Positions 1-11,123 of a stretch of 63,570 nucleotides of DNA are shown piece by piece. Position 1 is the first letter of the stretch, and each line of letters begins with the position of its first letter. The DNA is from Octopus bimaculoides. Lineage: Eukaryota. Position numbers and translations under genes: made by a program. The stretch lies in contig NC_068996.1 of NCBI RefSeq assembly GCF_001194135.2, positions 50,680,566 through 50,744,135 on the forward strand. Reading direction: 5' to 3'. The notes beneath the pieces were generated by a model. It saw only the letters and a list, made by a program, of their open reading frames with translations. It made no database searches and was not told where the DNA came from.

Positions 1-619
1 GTTTGGTATTTTGTCCTGTACTAATCGCTTGTGTGTTCATGTATTTTCACCTGTTAGTTATGTCCTGTACTTATTGTGTATGATTTCGTATTGTGTCCTG
101 TACTTATGACTCGTGTGTTTACATATTTTTCACCCATTGGTGATGTCCTGTACTTGTTGCGTATTGTTTATTTTCTTCTGTGCTTTTTCTCGTTTGTGTT
201 TATATATTTTCTTTGTGTTCACTTTGTACGTCCAATCTGTTTTTGTTGTTGCTTGTTCATTTGAAGCCCTAACTCTCCACAAATTTTATATTTTTAAAAT
301 TTCTGGATGCTGCTGTCTTATGAAATTTTCCTATCTTGTCGTTAAAAGCACGAAATAGGGAGTAGTAAAACAGTAGACAACTGATGAGTGAGTTATTTTC
401 ATTTGGTATTTTGTCCTGTACTTATTTCTCGTGTGTTTACGTACTGTTCACTTGTTGATGTCATGTACATAATGTGTATTTATTTTTATTCATTTATAAT
501 CAAACACTTCGCAGCCATTTCCACAGTAAGTTCTTAAATTTATATACAATTTCTTCCACTCCACACTCTGTTCTCTTTCTGTCTCTCCATCCCTCTATAA
601 TCTATATACATAAAGATGA

Positions 620-860
620 AAATGTCTGTCGATCTGCCTGTCTATCCGTTTTTGTGAATTCCTAAAACTCGTGAACTACAGAACCGATTTCATTTAAATT
701 TCACACATGCCTTACTTAGTGTTCATCCGGTGTCATGGGTCAAAGGAATTTTCAACTTCTCGCCTAACGTGAGCCCGGAACAATCTCTTATCTCTTACAC
801 TATTTCAGTATTATGTGTCAAAAGTGAAACAGTAATATCTCTGTATTGTAATGAGACATA
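620..860. mobile_element. Fragment of a non-autonomous Helitron/Helentron-associated (HINE/DINE-like) repeat
   Basis: (ctgt/ctat)-type microsatellite lead-in followed by 'gaactacagaaccgatttcatttaaatttcacac', a layout typical of such elements; family-level call only. Confidence 0.35.
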
Positions 861-973
861 CTTTCAGTTTAATAGTTTCACTATTAATACTGAAACTATT
901 GCCTCACATATATACATGCATACATACGTACATACATACATGCGTACATATATATATATATTATATATATATA

Positions 974-1027
<54 letters not shown>

Positions 1028-1702
1028 NNNNNNNNNNNNNNNNNNNNNNNNNNNNNNNNNNNNNNNNNNNNNNNNNNNNNNNNNNNNNNNNNNNNNNNNN
1101 NNNNNNNNNNNNNNNNNNNNNNNNNNNNNNNNNNNNNNNNNNNNNNNNNNNNNNNNNNNNNNNNNNNNNNNNNNNNNNNNNNNNNNNNNNNNNNNNNNNN
1201 NNNNNNNNNNNNNNNNNNNNNNNNNNNNNNNNNNNNNNNNNNNNNNNNNNNNNNNNNNNNNNNNNNNNNNNNNNNNNNNNNNNNNNNNNNNNNNNNNNNN
1301 NNNNNNNNNNNNNNNNNNNNNNNNNNNNNNNNNNNNNNNNNNNNNNNNNNNNNNNNNNNNNNNNNNNNNNNNNNNNNNNNNNNNNNNNNNNNNNNNNNNN
1401 NNNNNNNNNNNNNNNNNNNNNNNNNNNNNNNNNNNNNNNNNNNNNNNNNNNNNNNNNNNNNNNNNNNNNNNNNNNNNNNNNNNNNNNNNNNNNNNNNNNN
1501 NNNNNNNNNNNNNNNNNNNNNNNNNNNNNNNNNNNNNNNNNNNNNNNNNNNNNNNNNNNNNNNNNNNNNNNNNNNNNNNNNNNNNNNNNNNNNNNNNNNN
1601 NNNNNNNNNNNNNNNNNNNNNNNNNNNNNNNNNNNNNNNNNNNNNNNNNNNNNNNNNNNNNNNNNNNNNNNNNNNNNNNNNNNNNNNNNNNNNNNNNNNN
1701 NN
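1028..1702. other. Assembly gap flanked by (TA)n. Other gaps: 3035-3827, 4809-5412, 8572-9223, 15398-15649, 37159-37350, 42085-42150, 61917-62393
   Basis: Runs of N, most of them bordered by dinucleotide microsatellites. Confidence 0.98.
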
Positions 1703-1703
1703 N

Positions 1704-1746
<43 letters not shown>

Positions 1747-1829
1747 ATGTATATCCAATATGTACACATATATATACACATATATACATGCATACATATA
1801 TTTATACATACATATATATGATAAGTGTT

Positions 1830-2100
1830 TTCTGCTATAGCCTCAGACCGAAAGAAGCCTTGACAGTAGATTTGGCAGACGGATGTGTGTGTGTGTGTGT
1901 GTGTGTTTATTCTCCATCACCGGTGTTGGTTTCTTTACATTCCTGTAACTTAGTGGTTCAGCAAAAGTGACTGATAGAATTAGTACTAGGCTTAAAAGAG
2001 TGAAAAAGAAAAAATATGTACCAGTGTCGATTTGTTTGACTGAAACTCCTCACGGTGGTGCTCCAGCATGGCTGCAGTGCAATAACTGAAACCAGTAAAC
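1830..2100 (+). mobile_element. tRNA-derived SINE family A (internal microsatellite), decayed copy
   Basis: Matches the many in-window copies: ...ctatagcct...aaagaagcct...gtaacttag...caaaag.gactgatagaat...ggtgctccagcatggctgcagt...gactgaaac. Confidence 0.75.
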
Positions 2101-2125
2101 GGTATATCTGTCTCTCTTACTCTAT

Positions 2126-2184
<59 letters not shown>

Positions 2185-2477
2185 CACACACACACACGCA
2201 CACACATTTCTAACTCAACTTCTCTGCAATTGCCTTTCAATAGGTTACAGACCAAGTTTTACTCTTTTTGTGATATTTTTTTTAATTGATTTCTTTTTAT
2301 CTAGTAACAACAACAACATCAAATATTTGCTGAGAATATAATTAACTGAGAAAATCCCAGTATATTTTATCGATACTTGAAGGATACCTGAACAAAAACA
2401 ACAAAGGTATTTGTGGAAATCAAAGGCTATGGCTGTCGTTGTTACTGCTTTCTCACTTAACTTCTTACTTCACTTCA

Positions 2478-2512
<35 letters not shown>

Positions 2513-2854
2513 GTGTATTGTGCCAAACTTTGATCACTCCTCCCTCACACTTTATCTTCTCCCACTTCACTCACACAGTCTCTTTCCTTCTCTTCCTTCA
2601 CATCACTTCTTTCGATTTCTTATCCGTATCTCTACATCTGAAAGTATTATTCTGGCACCTATTCCCCCACCCTCTCTCTCTCTCTCTGAAGAACGATATG
2701 TATCTGAAACGTATTTCCCACCCCACCACACACTCCTTGCAACGAAATAGTTTCAATACGGATTGTTTCTTCTATGGACTCTTCTTCTGTACTCTACCTG
2801 TCAGTTTACTACCCTCGGTGACATCAATCACTTTTACGAAGAGAAAGTTTGCAA

Positions 2855-3034
2855 AGGCGCAGGAGTGGCTGTGTGGTAAGTAGCTTGTTTACCAACCACA
2901 TGGTCCCGGTTTCAGTCCCACTGCGTGGCACCTTGGGCAAAGTGTCTTCTACTATAGCCTCAGGCCGACCAAAGCCTTGTGAGTGGATTTGGCAGGCGGA
3001 AACTGAAAGAAGCCTGTCGTATATATATATATAT
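2855..3034 (+). mobile_element. tRNA-derived SINE family A, 5' half running into (TA)n and a gap
   Basis: ggcgcaggagtggctgtgtggtaag (A-box-like), ggtttcagtccc (B-box-like), then caccttgggcaaagtgtcttctactatagcc. Confidence 0.8.
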
Positions 3035-3861
3035 NNNNNNNNNNNNNNNNNNNNNNNNNNNNNNNNNNNNNNNNNNNNNNNNNNNNNNNNNNNNNNNNNN
3101 NNNNNNNNNNNNNNNNNNNNNNNNNNNNNNNNNNNNNNNNNNNNNNNNNNNNNNNNNNNNNNNNNNNNNNNNNNNNNNNNNNNNNNNNNNNNNNNNNNNN
3201 NNNNNNNNNNNNNNNNNNNNNNNNNNNNNNNNNNNNNNNNNNNNNNNNNNNNNNNNNNNNNNNNNNNNNNNNNNNNNNNNNNNNNNNNNNNNNNNNNNNN
3301 NNNNNNNNNNNNNNNNNNNNNNNNNNNNNNNNNNNNNNNNNNNNNNNNNNNNNNNNNNNNNNNNNNNNNNNNNNNNNNNNNNNNNNNNNNNNNNNNNNNN
3401 NNNNNNNNNNNNNNNNNNNNNNNNNNNNNNNNNNNNNNNNNNNNNNNNNNNNNNNNNNNNNNNNNNNNNNNNNNNNNNNNNNNNNNNNNNNNNNNNNNNN
3501 NNNNNNNNNNNNNNNNNNNNNNNNNNNNNNNNNNNNNNNNNNNNNNNNNNNNNNNNNNNNNNNNNNNNNNNNNNNNNNNNNNNNNNNNNNNNNNNNNNNN
3601 NNNNNNNNNNNNNNNNNNNNNNNNNNNNNNNNNNNNNNNNNNNNNNNNNNNNNNNNNNNNNNNNNNNNNNNNNNNNNNNNNNNNNNNNNNNNNNNNNNNN
3701 NNNNNNNNNNNNNNNNNNNNNNNNNNNNNNNNNNNNNNNNNNNNNNNNNNNNNNNNNNNNNNNNNNNNNNNNNNNNNNNNNNNNNNNNNNNNNNNNNNNN
3801 NNNNNNNNNNNNNNNNNNNNNNNNNNNTGATTGATAATAATTATAATAGTTTCAATTTTTG

Positions 3862-3990
3862 GCACAAGGCCAGCAATTTCGGGGTGGGAAGTAAGTCGAT
3901 TACATCGACTCCAATGTTCAACTGCTACTTATTTTATCGATCCTGAAGGAATGAAAGGTAAAGTCGATCTCGGCGGAATTTGTACTCGAA
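3862..3990 (-). mobile_element. SINE family B (core cctttcatcctttcggggtcgat...aagtaccag), partial
   Basis: Reverse complement of the family-B core seen at 19511, 19755 and 51598. Confidence 0.75.
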
Positions 3991-4011
3991 CACGTGTCGT
4001 TTGTACTAAAG

Positions 4012-4281
4012 CAGAGGTTCCCAAACTTTTTTCTGGCTGCCGCCTCCTTGACACCCAGGCGACATTCCTACTGCCACCACCCCAACTAACCATCACAAGC
4101 ATAGACCTCTTTCTGAAGCAAATTCCAAGCAGTTGTATTTTCACAAATAAAACTTAACGAATCCATTATTTTGTTGTTTTTAGATGAATCGCTACTCCAT
4201 TATTGCCACACTTTTCTTCAACGCCCCTTGGAACTTTCCACGCCACCAAGGAGGCAATACCGCCCACTTTGGTAACCACTG
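4012..4281. mobile_element. hAT-superfamily (Charlie-like) MITE
   Basis: TIRs CAGAGGTTCCCAAA / TTTGGTAACCACTG; 8-bp TSD tactaaag / cactaaag (7/8). Confidence 0.8.
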
Positions 4282-7200
4282 CACTAAAGAGTAAATAATT
4301 CTAACATACAACAGAATAAGTTCTGTTATCGGTTTGGCATTCCTATACACGTGTACACCTCTGACTTTGTTGTTACATATCTTCCAGAAAAATATCTGGA
4401 AGATATGTGACAATAAAGTCATGTGGCTTTCTTCTCGTACAATGTTGCCTATATCCGCTATATGTGATCGCTTGGTCTGTTAAAAATAGCTACCAATTTC
4501 CTCTCAGACCATACACATCTTAAAACAGAAAGGGAGGGCTTGGTTCATGGTGGCTTCAGATTGGTGTTGATTCTGATTTTATCGGAATATGTGGTGAAAA
4601 AACCATTTTTCCGAGGGTGGGAGAGGAGTTTTAGGAAAATTCACACGAGGCGGCTTTCTTTACTTATAACTTTCAGAAAAATGGGTAATTTTTAATAGAA
4701 TTTTCTATAAATACCATTCAGAGTGAGTAGATTACAATTATATCGAAATTTAATAAGAAAATTAAATTTGGAGGGTACATACACATTCATACACACGTTA
4801 CACATATCNNNNNNNNNNNNNNNNNNNNNNNNNNNNNNNNNNNNNNNNNNNNNNNNNNNNNNNNNNNNNNNNNNNNNNNNNNNNNNNNNNNNNNNNNNNN
4901 NNNNNNNNNNNNNNNNNNNNNNNNNNNNNNNNNNNNNNNNNNNNNNNNNNNNNNNNNNNNNNNNNNNNNNNNNNNNNNNNNNNNNNNNNNNNNNNNNNNN
5001 NNNNNNNNNNNNNNNNNNNNNNNNNNNNNNNNNNNNNNNNNNNNNNNNNNNNNNNNNNNNNNNNNNNNNNNNNNNNNNNNNNNNNNNNNNNNNNNNNNNN
5101 NNNNNNNNNNNNNNNNNNNNNNNNNNNNNNNNNNNNNNNNNNNNNNNNNNNNNNNNNNNNNNNNNNNNNNNNNNNNNNNNNNNNNNNNNNNNNNNNNNNN
5201 NNNNNNNNNNNNNNNNNNNNNNNNNNNNNNNNNNNNNNNNNNNNNNNNNNNNNNNNNNNNNNNNNNNNNNNNNNNNNNNNNNNNNNNNNNNNNNNNNNNN
5301 NNNNNNNNNNNNNNNNNNNNNNNNNNNNNNNNNNNNNNNNNNNNNNNNNNNNNNNNNNNNNNNNNNNNNNNNNNNNNNNNNNNNNNNNNNNNNNNNNNNN
5401 NNNNNNNNNNNNATATATATATATATATATATATACGCGCGCGCGCGCACACGTACACACAACATGGTTTTATATGAGGCTACTCCACTTGCCATACTTC
5501 GAATTTAATCTCTCAGAAAAAATTTATCGTCTTCAAATTAACTGAGCATTTCTTACAATCGCCAACTTTCTAAAGATGTGGCAAGATAAACAGCTCGCGA
5601 AGATCTTGCTACAGGGAAAATATAAAGTTTTAGTTTACAATATCCGTACAAGTCATTTTTACCTCCTGGTTTAACAAACATGACCACATCTTTCTTTCTT
5701 CTTTTTTTTTCTTTCTTTCTTTCTTTGATGTAGTTTAAACGTGTTGCATAAGATGCATAAAATGTCTTAGACAAGAATTCATTGCCTGGGTGTCTGTCTC
5801 TTTTAATCGTTTCTCACATGACACAAAAGCAAAACAGTATTTCCTTACCAACGTCTCCACATCTACCACCACTAGAAATGCTGCTTTTTGTGAATTACTG
5901 ACACAACCACATGCTTACATTTTTACATACCATGTCAATTCCTATCCTTCGTCCTTCCCCCCACCATCCTCTGTAATTTATACTCAGCAAAATGTAAGTA
6001 TATCTTCTAGAACTGCATTTCATTGAAACTCGCTATCTAACTTGGTCAAGTGTTTCTATCGGCGACGAGCCTCCACACCTTCAATTCAAATGCGAACATA
6101 CTACTGTTATGAACTTATTTTCATCCCAAGTTTTTTTTCTTTTCATTCTTTTTTTTTTTAAATTCAATGTGCATTAGAGCAATACACAAATGAGCAGACG
6201 AACCAACGAGAGAGCCTCTATATCAGTCATGGGCAAACGGCAGCCAGCGGGACTTTCAATATAGTACGCCTAATTCCACGAGGAAATAATATTTAAAATA
6301 TTTTTTAGTAGAGCAGCCTCTCTGGTGATAAGTCAATGTCTCATGCGACTTTCTTCTCGAACAACGTTGCCTATATCCGCTATATGTGATCGCTTGGTCT
6401 GTTAAAAATAGCTACCAATTTCCTCTCAGATCATACACATCTTAAAACAGAAAGGAAGGGCTTGGTTCATGGTGGTTGATATACAAAAAGCAAGAAAGCA
6501 GGATGGGTCTATTTTTCAAGGTGGAGTGCACGCCCCCACAAGTAAGGCTTGAAAATATTTCAGTAGGTTACTCCAGAACGGGACATAAGTGAATAAAGCT
6601 TGCAATAAAGTTTTATTCATGGTGAGGAACACTTTATTGTTATTTTTTAAAAATTCAAATGGGGCGTGGAGCGAAAAGGTCACGAGCAGGCCGGCTAGGG
6701 TTTGGTTAACATGCAGCTTACCATCGTATATATATATTTAAAAAAAAGGAAAAAAAAAAAAAAGAAGAAAATTGTGAAAAAGAAAACTGGAAGTGACGAC
6801 AATCATACTCCATAATTTTATGCTAACAGTGTTTGTGACATAAGCAATGTATAGAATGTACTTCATTTCGTTCGGCAGATAGTCGCAACGTTCTGAGTTC
6901 AAATTCGGGGCTCGATAAATTAAGTACCAGTGAAACACTGGAGTCAATGTAATCGATTAGTCCTCTCTCCCAAAATTTTAGGCAATGTGCCTTTAGTAGA
7001 AAGGGTTATTGGTAGAATCAAATGGCTCTTCTCAAAGAAGGAATTGGTTCATATAATCCAAGTGAATCGATGGGAACAATGCCACCACTTCCTGCCAATT
7101 CTTTCTCTATAATTCATTAATCGTGAGGGATTATTGCATTGTTTTCATGTAACTGTGTTGGCTACATGTGTTGACATGCATGTCACCGAATAAAATACAA

Positions 7201-7995
7201 AACAATTTAGGTAACTCCAATAAGTTGAACGAAATTTCTGGATTGGAGTAGATCTGGTTTACTCCAATCAAGAACTGGAGTTTGGATTGAAGTAGATCTG
7301 GTCTTTAAATATGGATTGGAATAAACCTGGTCTTTAAAGCCAACCGGTGAAAGGAATGGACATGTTTCAATCTTATTACACCTCCTCAGTGAAGATTGTT
7401 CTCTCCGATAATGGGAAAGATCATGTCCTTTCACACGGGTAAGCAGCATATGAGAATTTTTAAAAAATGGAAGGAAAAAATAAATATTATCTTTAGCTTT
7501 TACCTGTACAGGTGTGCTGAATCAAGATGTCAGGTGATATTTTAATCCATTAAAAATTAGTCGTAAGTTGACATTTTAAACAAGTTTTTTCTATGAGTAA
7601 TTCAACTTTAAAATTTGCGCTTATTTTTTCTTTCTTATTTTCTCCTTTTCTTTGCTTATAAAGGAGAGCGCGCTCACACACACACACATGCACATACCAG
7701 AACTGATTCGCACGAACGTTTCAAGAGAAACTTGCAATATCAATCCTGATATTACATACAACATAAAGTAACAAAATACAGTTTGCTCTGCAGAAAGAGA
7801 TAGTTTGATGCAATTTGATAGCTCAATTCTCATTTGTTTTCCTGTGAACGAGTGAGATGCCAAGTGACAAACACAATTAGGCTTACACAAACAGAAACGC
7901 CTACATAATACAAAATTGCACACACACACACGTCTGTATGACACTGTTTTGGTATCAAAGTTAGTTTTAAGACACATCTCGCAGATGCTCTAGGA

Positions 7996-8570
7996 CAGTG
8001 CTTCTCAGACTATCTGATGTGGCGTACCAGCAGTTTCCCTCCCCCCAATGTGCCAGGGACCATTAATATTTCTTAGTAATATTAATTTATACCGGAAACA
8101 ATATATATTAATGAATATAATAAAAGTTGACAATTTTTAAAATATTATATTTATATTGTATACAAATAATACAATATTACATATTTCTTTCGTTTTTGGA
8201 TTTGGTTTGCAAGATTCTTTATGTGAGTTCGTGTGTTGAAGCATATTCTGTTGTGTCTGGGGAGAGTCATTCTCTTTTAGTGTCTTATAATTTAACACAC
8301 TCACCGGTAAAATTTCTGCTTATTTCTTTTTTTATTTTTCTAAAATTTTCGTTGCGTCTTGCAACCTTTTCGATAGTTTTTAGAAAAATAAAAAAGATAT
8401 AAGTGGAAATTTTACCGGTGAGTGTGTTAAATTATAAGGCACTAAAGGAGAAAGACTCCTCAAACACAACAGAATAATGTTTCTTTCTTTTCTGGAAACT
8501 CGTCGCGTACCGGCAGCTGATGGCTCGCGTACCGGCACCGGTCCACGGACGACCACTTTGAGTAGCACTA
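7996..8570. mobile_element. Non-autonomous hAT element, copy 1 (contains a nested fold-back element)
   Basis: TIRs CAGTGCTTCTCAG / CTTTGAGTAGCACTA; left flank ctctagga (Charlie-type TCTAG target); right flank falls in a gap; homologous to 16662-16946. Confidence 0.8.
8261..8460. mobile_element. Fold-back MITE with long inverted arms, nested in the hAT element
   Basis: tagtgtcttataatttaacacactcaccggtaaaatttc ... gaaattttaccggtgagtgtgttaaattataaggcacta; absent from hAT copy 2. Confidence 0.7.
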
Positions 8571-9223
8571 CNNNNNNNNNNNNNNNNNNNNNNNNNNNNN
8601 NNNNNNNNNNNNNNNNNNNNNNNNNNNNNNNNNNNNNNNNNNNNNNNNNNNNNNNNNNNNNNNNNNNNNNNNNNNNNNNNNNNNNNNNNNNNNNNNNNNN
8701 NNNNNNNNNNNNNNNNNNNNNNNNNNNNNNNNNNNNNNNNNNNNNNNNNNNNNNNNNNNNNNNNNNNNNNNNNNNNNNNNNNNNNNNNNNNNNNNNNNNN
8801 NNNNNNNNNNNNNNNNNNNNNNNNNNNNNNNNNNNNNNNNNNNNNNNNNNNNNNNNNNNNNNNNNNNNNNNNNNNNNNNNNNNNNNNNNNNNNNNNNNNN
8901 NNNNNNNNNNNNNNNNNNNNNNNNNNNNNNNNNNNNNNNNNNNNNNNNNNNNNNNNNNNNNNNNNNNNNNNNNNNNNNNNNNNNNNNNNNNNNNNNNNNN
9001 NNNNNNNNNNNNNNNNNNNNNNNNNNNNNNNNNNNNNNNNNNNNNNNNNNNNNNNNNNNNNNNNNNNNNNNNNNNNNNNNNNNNNNNNNNNNNNNNNNNN
9101 NNNNNNNNNNNNNNNNNNNNNNNNNNNNNNNNNNNNNNNNNNNNNNNNNNNNNNNNNNNNNNNNNNNNNNNNNNNNNNNNNNNNNNNNNNNNNNNNNNNN
9201 NNNNNNNNNNNNNNNNNNNNNNN

Positions 9224-9335
9224 TAAGAGCTGCAGAGAAGTTCTGATCTTTGTGGATCTTAAAATGTCTTTTGAGGCCTCCATTAGATTTGCAAACCTTC
9301 TGGCATACATTGCATTGAAAGATGTGCACAGACAT
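9224..9335 (-). other. Single intact C2H2 zinc-finger reading frame (probably a LINE C-terminus, possibly a ZNF exon)
   Basis: FQCNVCQKVCKSNGGLKRHFKIH = C-x2-C-x12-H-x3-H; the frame runs into gap 8572-9223. Confidence 0.55.
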
Positions 9336-9340
9336 ATATA

Positions 9341-9572
9341 CAGGGTTGGCAAGAAATCACCCGGCCGTAAATCAAAATTCCATAAATATTATCTGTAATT
9401 CTGTATTGACTCGAATGGGAAAATGTGTCGCTCAAGAAGGACATCAGCTTGAACAATTTTCATGATGTTTCATATTTAGATGTTTTTATTAAATTCATTC
9501 AGTTGTTAAACATAAATCTTGGAATTAAATAGTTTTGATTTACTGTCAGGTGACTTCTTTTGGCTAAACCTA
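9341..9572 (+). mobile_element. Tc1/mariner deletion derivative
   Basis: TA-flanked imperfect TIRs cagggttggcaagaaatcacc / ggtgacttcttttggctaaaccta; internal RMGKCVAQEGHQLEQFS* resembles a DDD/E transposase C-terminus. Confidence 0.6.
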
Positions 9573-10693
9573 TGCCAGCCCAGTCAAACCGTCCAATCCA
9601 TTTAACGGACATTAAATGATGATGACGATGATATATATATTTCGAAACGCCGGTGTTTTAATGGTGGCAGCTGATGAAGGATATGTTCTCTATGTGGCCT
9701 GCTTGTTTGTTGTACCTTGTTTATCATTTTGTCCATGTTCTTTTGCAACGTCATGTACCCAGATATGTATCTATATGTATGTGTAGATGAAGGTATGTAC
9801 ATGCATGTACATATATATGCATATACTCATATATCGTTTATATATATATACACATATATAATAATATAAATAATATACAAATATATGCATATATCCATAC
9901 ATATATGTACATCCTACATGTATATGTACATCCTACATGTATATGTACATATACATGCACATATGGGTACAGGACATAAAAAAACGTTATATTGGGTTAA
10001 ATCCCTCTGCGTGGCATCTTGGACATATGTAATTTTCTTTTGTCTCAGATCGATTCATACTTGAAGTCAGATTGATGGAAATTGTATAGAAGCCATTGAA
10101 GTGGATTTTATCTGTGATCCGAAAGCTACACCCCTGCCACTGTATCATACTGATTCTGCATGAGAATTACGCTTAGCGTACACACGCCCAAGTTTATTCA
10201 GGAGTAGGTAACTCAGTTGGACGTTCAACTGCGCTGGTTCGATTCTCAGATCGGTCGATAGTTGTTTCCTTGAGATAGGCATCAGTGTCAGCCCCAGGGT
10301 GGGTGTGCACCCCGGGGCAAGCCGAACTTCGGCGTGTACAAACTGACAGTCGTGGAAATTTCCTTGTCTTTGTCACGCCTTACTTGGTGCCCTGGGCGAC
10401 TGCCTGAGTTGCCGATACTTCATTTCAGTTTGTAATAAGTACAACTGAGGATTAACCAGGCCAGGGTGGGTCTTGTTCTCTCGGTTATGCATACGCCTCG
10501 AAATTCAGGGTAAGTTTCAATCTGATGGATCAGTAGACTTCAGGCAGGCTTTACCACCCCCTCTTTAATTGTTACCTCGGTAACATTATAAATATTTAGA
10601 ATTTCTTTTTCACAAGTTGTGAGGTAGAGTTATAAATTTTGCGTTAATATTTTCTCGCAAAAGATCGCAACCGTTTACGAAGACTATTCGTTG

Positions 10694-11123
10694 GAATTCT
10701 GGTTTAAGTACCCCATATAATCCCTCATAATTTTAAAAATTTTGGGAATTTTTTTAATCTTTCGAATTAAAAAAAAAAATATTTTTCGAATTTTTAAAAA
10801 TAAGAGTTTAAAATACGGATAGTCCGAATTTTTTGCTTAGACACCACTAACAGACCGTTAAATGCGTTTAAGGGGAGAAATTTTGAAAAACATCAATGTC
10901 AGTGACAAAGAAAAGAGGAGGGTATCAGGTGGTCGTGAGATGTGCTAAAAATAACAGCCAAATAGCCCTTAAATCACACAAACAATTTTTTTTTGTTTTG
11001 GGCTTTGCATAATCGTATGAATTCTCGTGTGTAGAATACAAATTGTCCAAAATTTTCTGAAAATTCCCTCAAAATGAAAAAAAGTTATGAGGGGTGTTAT
11101 ATGGGTTGCTTAAACCAGAATTC
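10694..11123. mobile_element. MITE with ~40-bp imperfect TIRs
   Basis: gaattctggtttaagtaccccatataatccctcataa ... ttatgaggggtgttatatgggttgcttaaaccagaattc. Confidence 0.7.

Noticed and set aside
340-400. Possible hammerhead ribozyme (cacGAAA ... CTGATGAgtg)
   Set aside because: Only a 3-bp stem II; stems I and III and the NUH site cannot be formed.
730-1970. Long ORFs in the six-frame track (YIYI, CVCV, THTH, LSLS, X-runs), here and at the other gaps
   Set aside because: They are translations of dinucleotide microsatellites and N gaps, not proteins.
2855-2930. tRNA genes at SINE heads
   Set aside because: A/B boxes are degenerate, there is no cloverleaf, and the sequence continues into SINE bodies.
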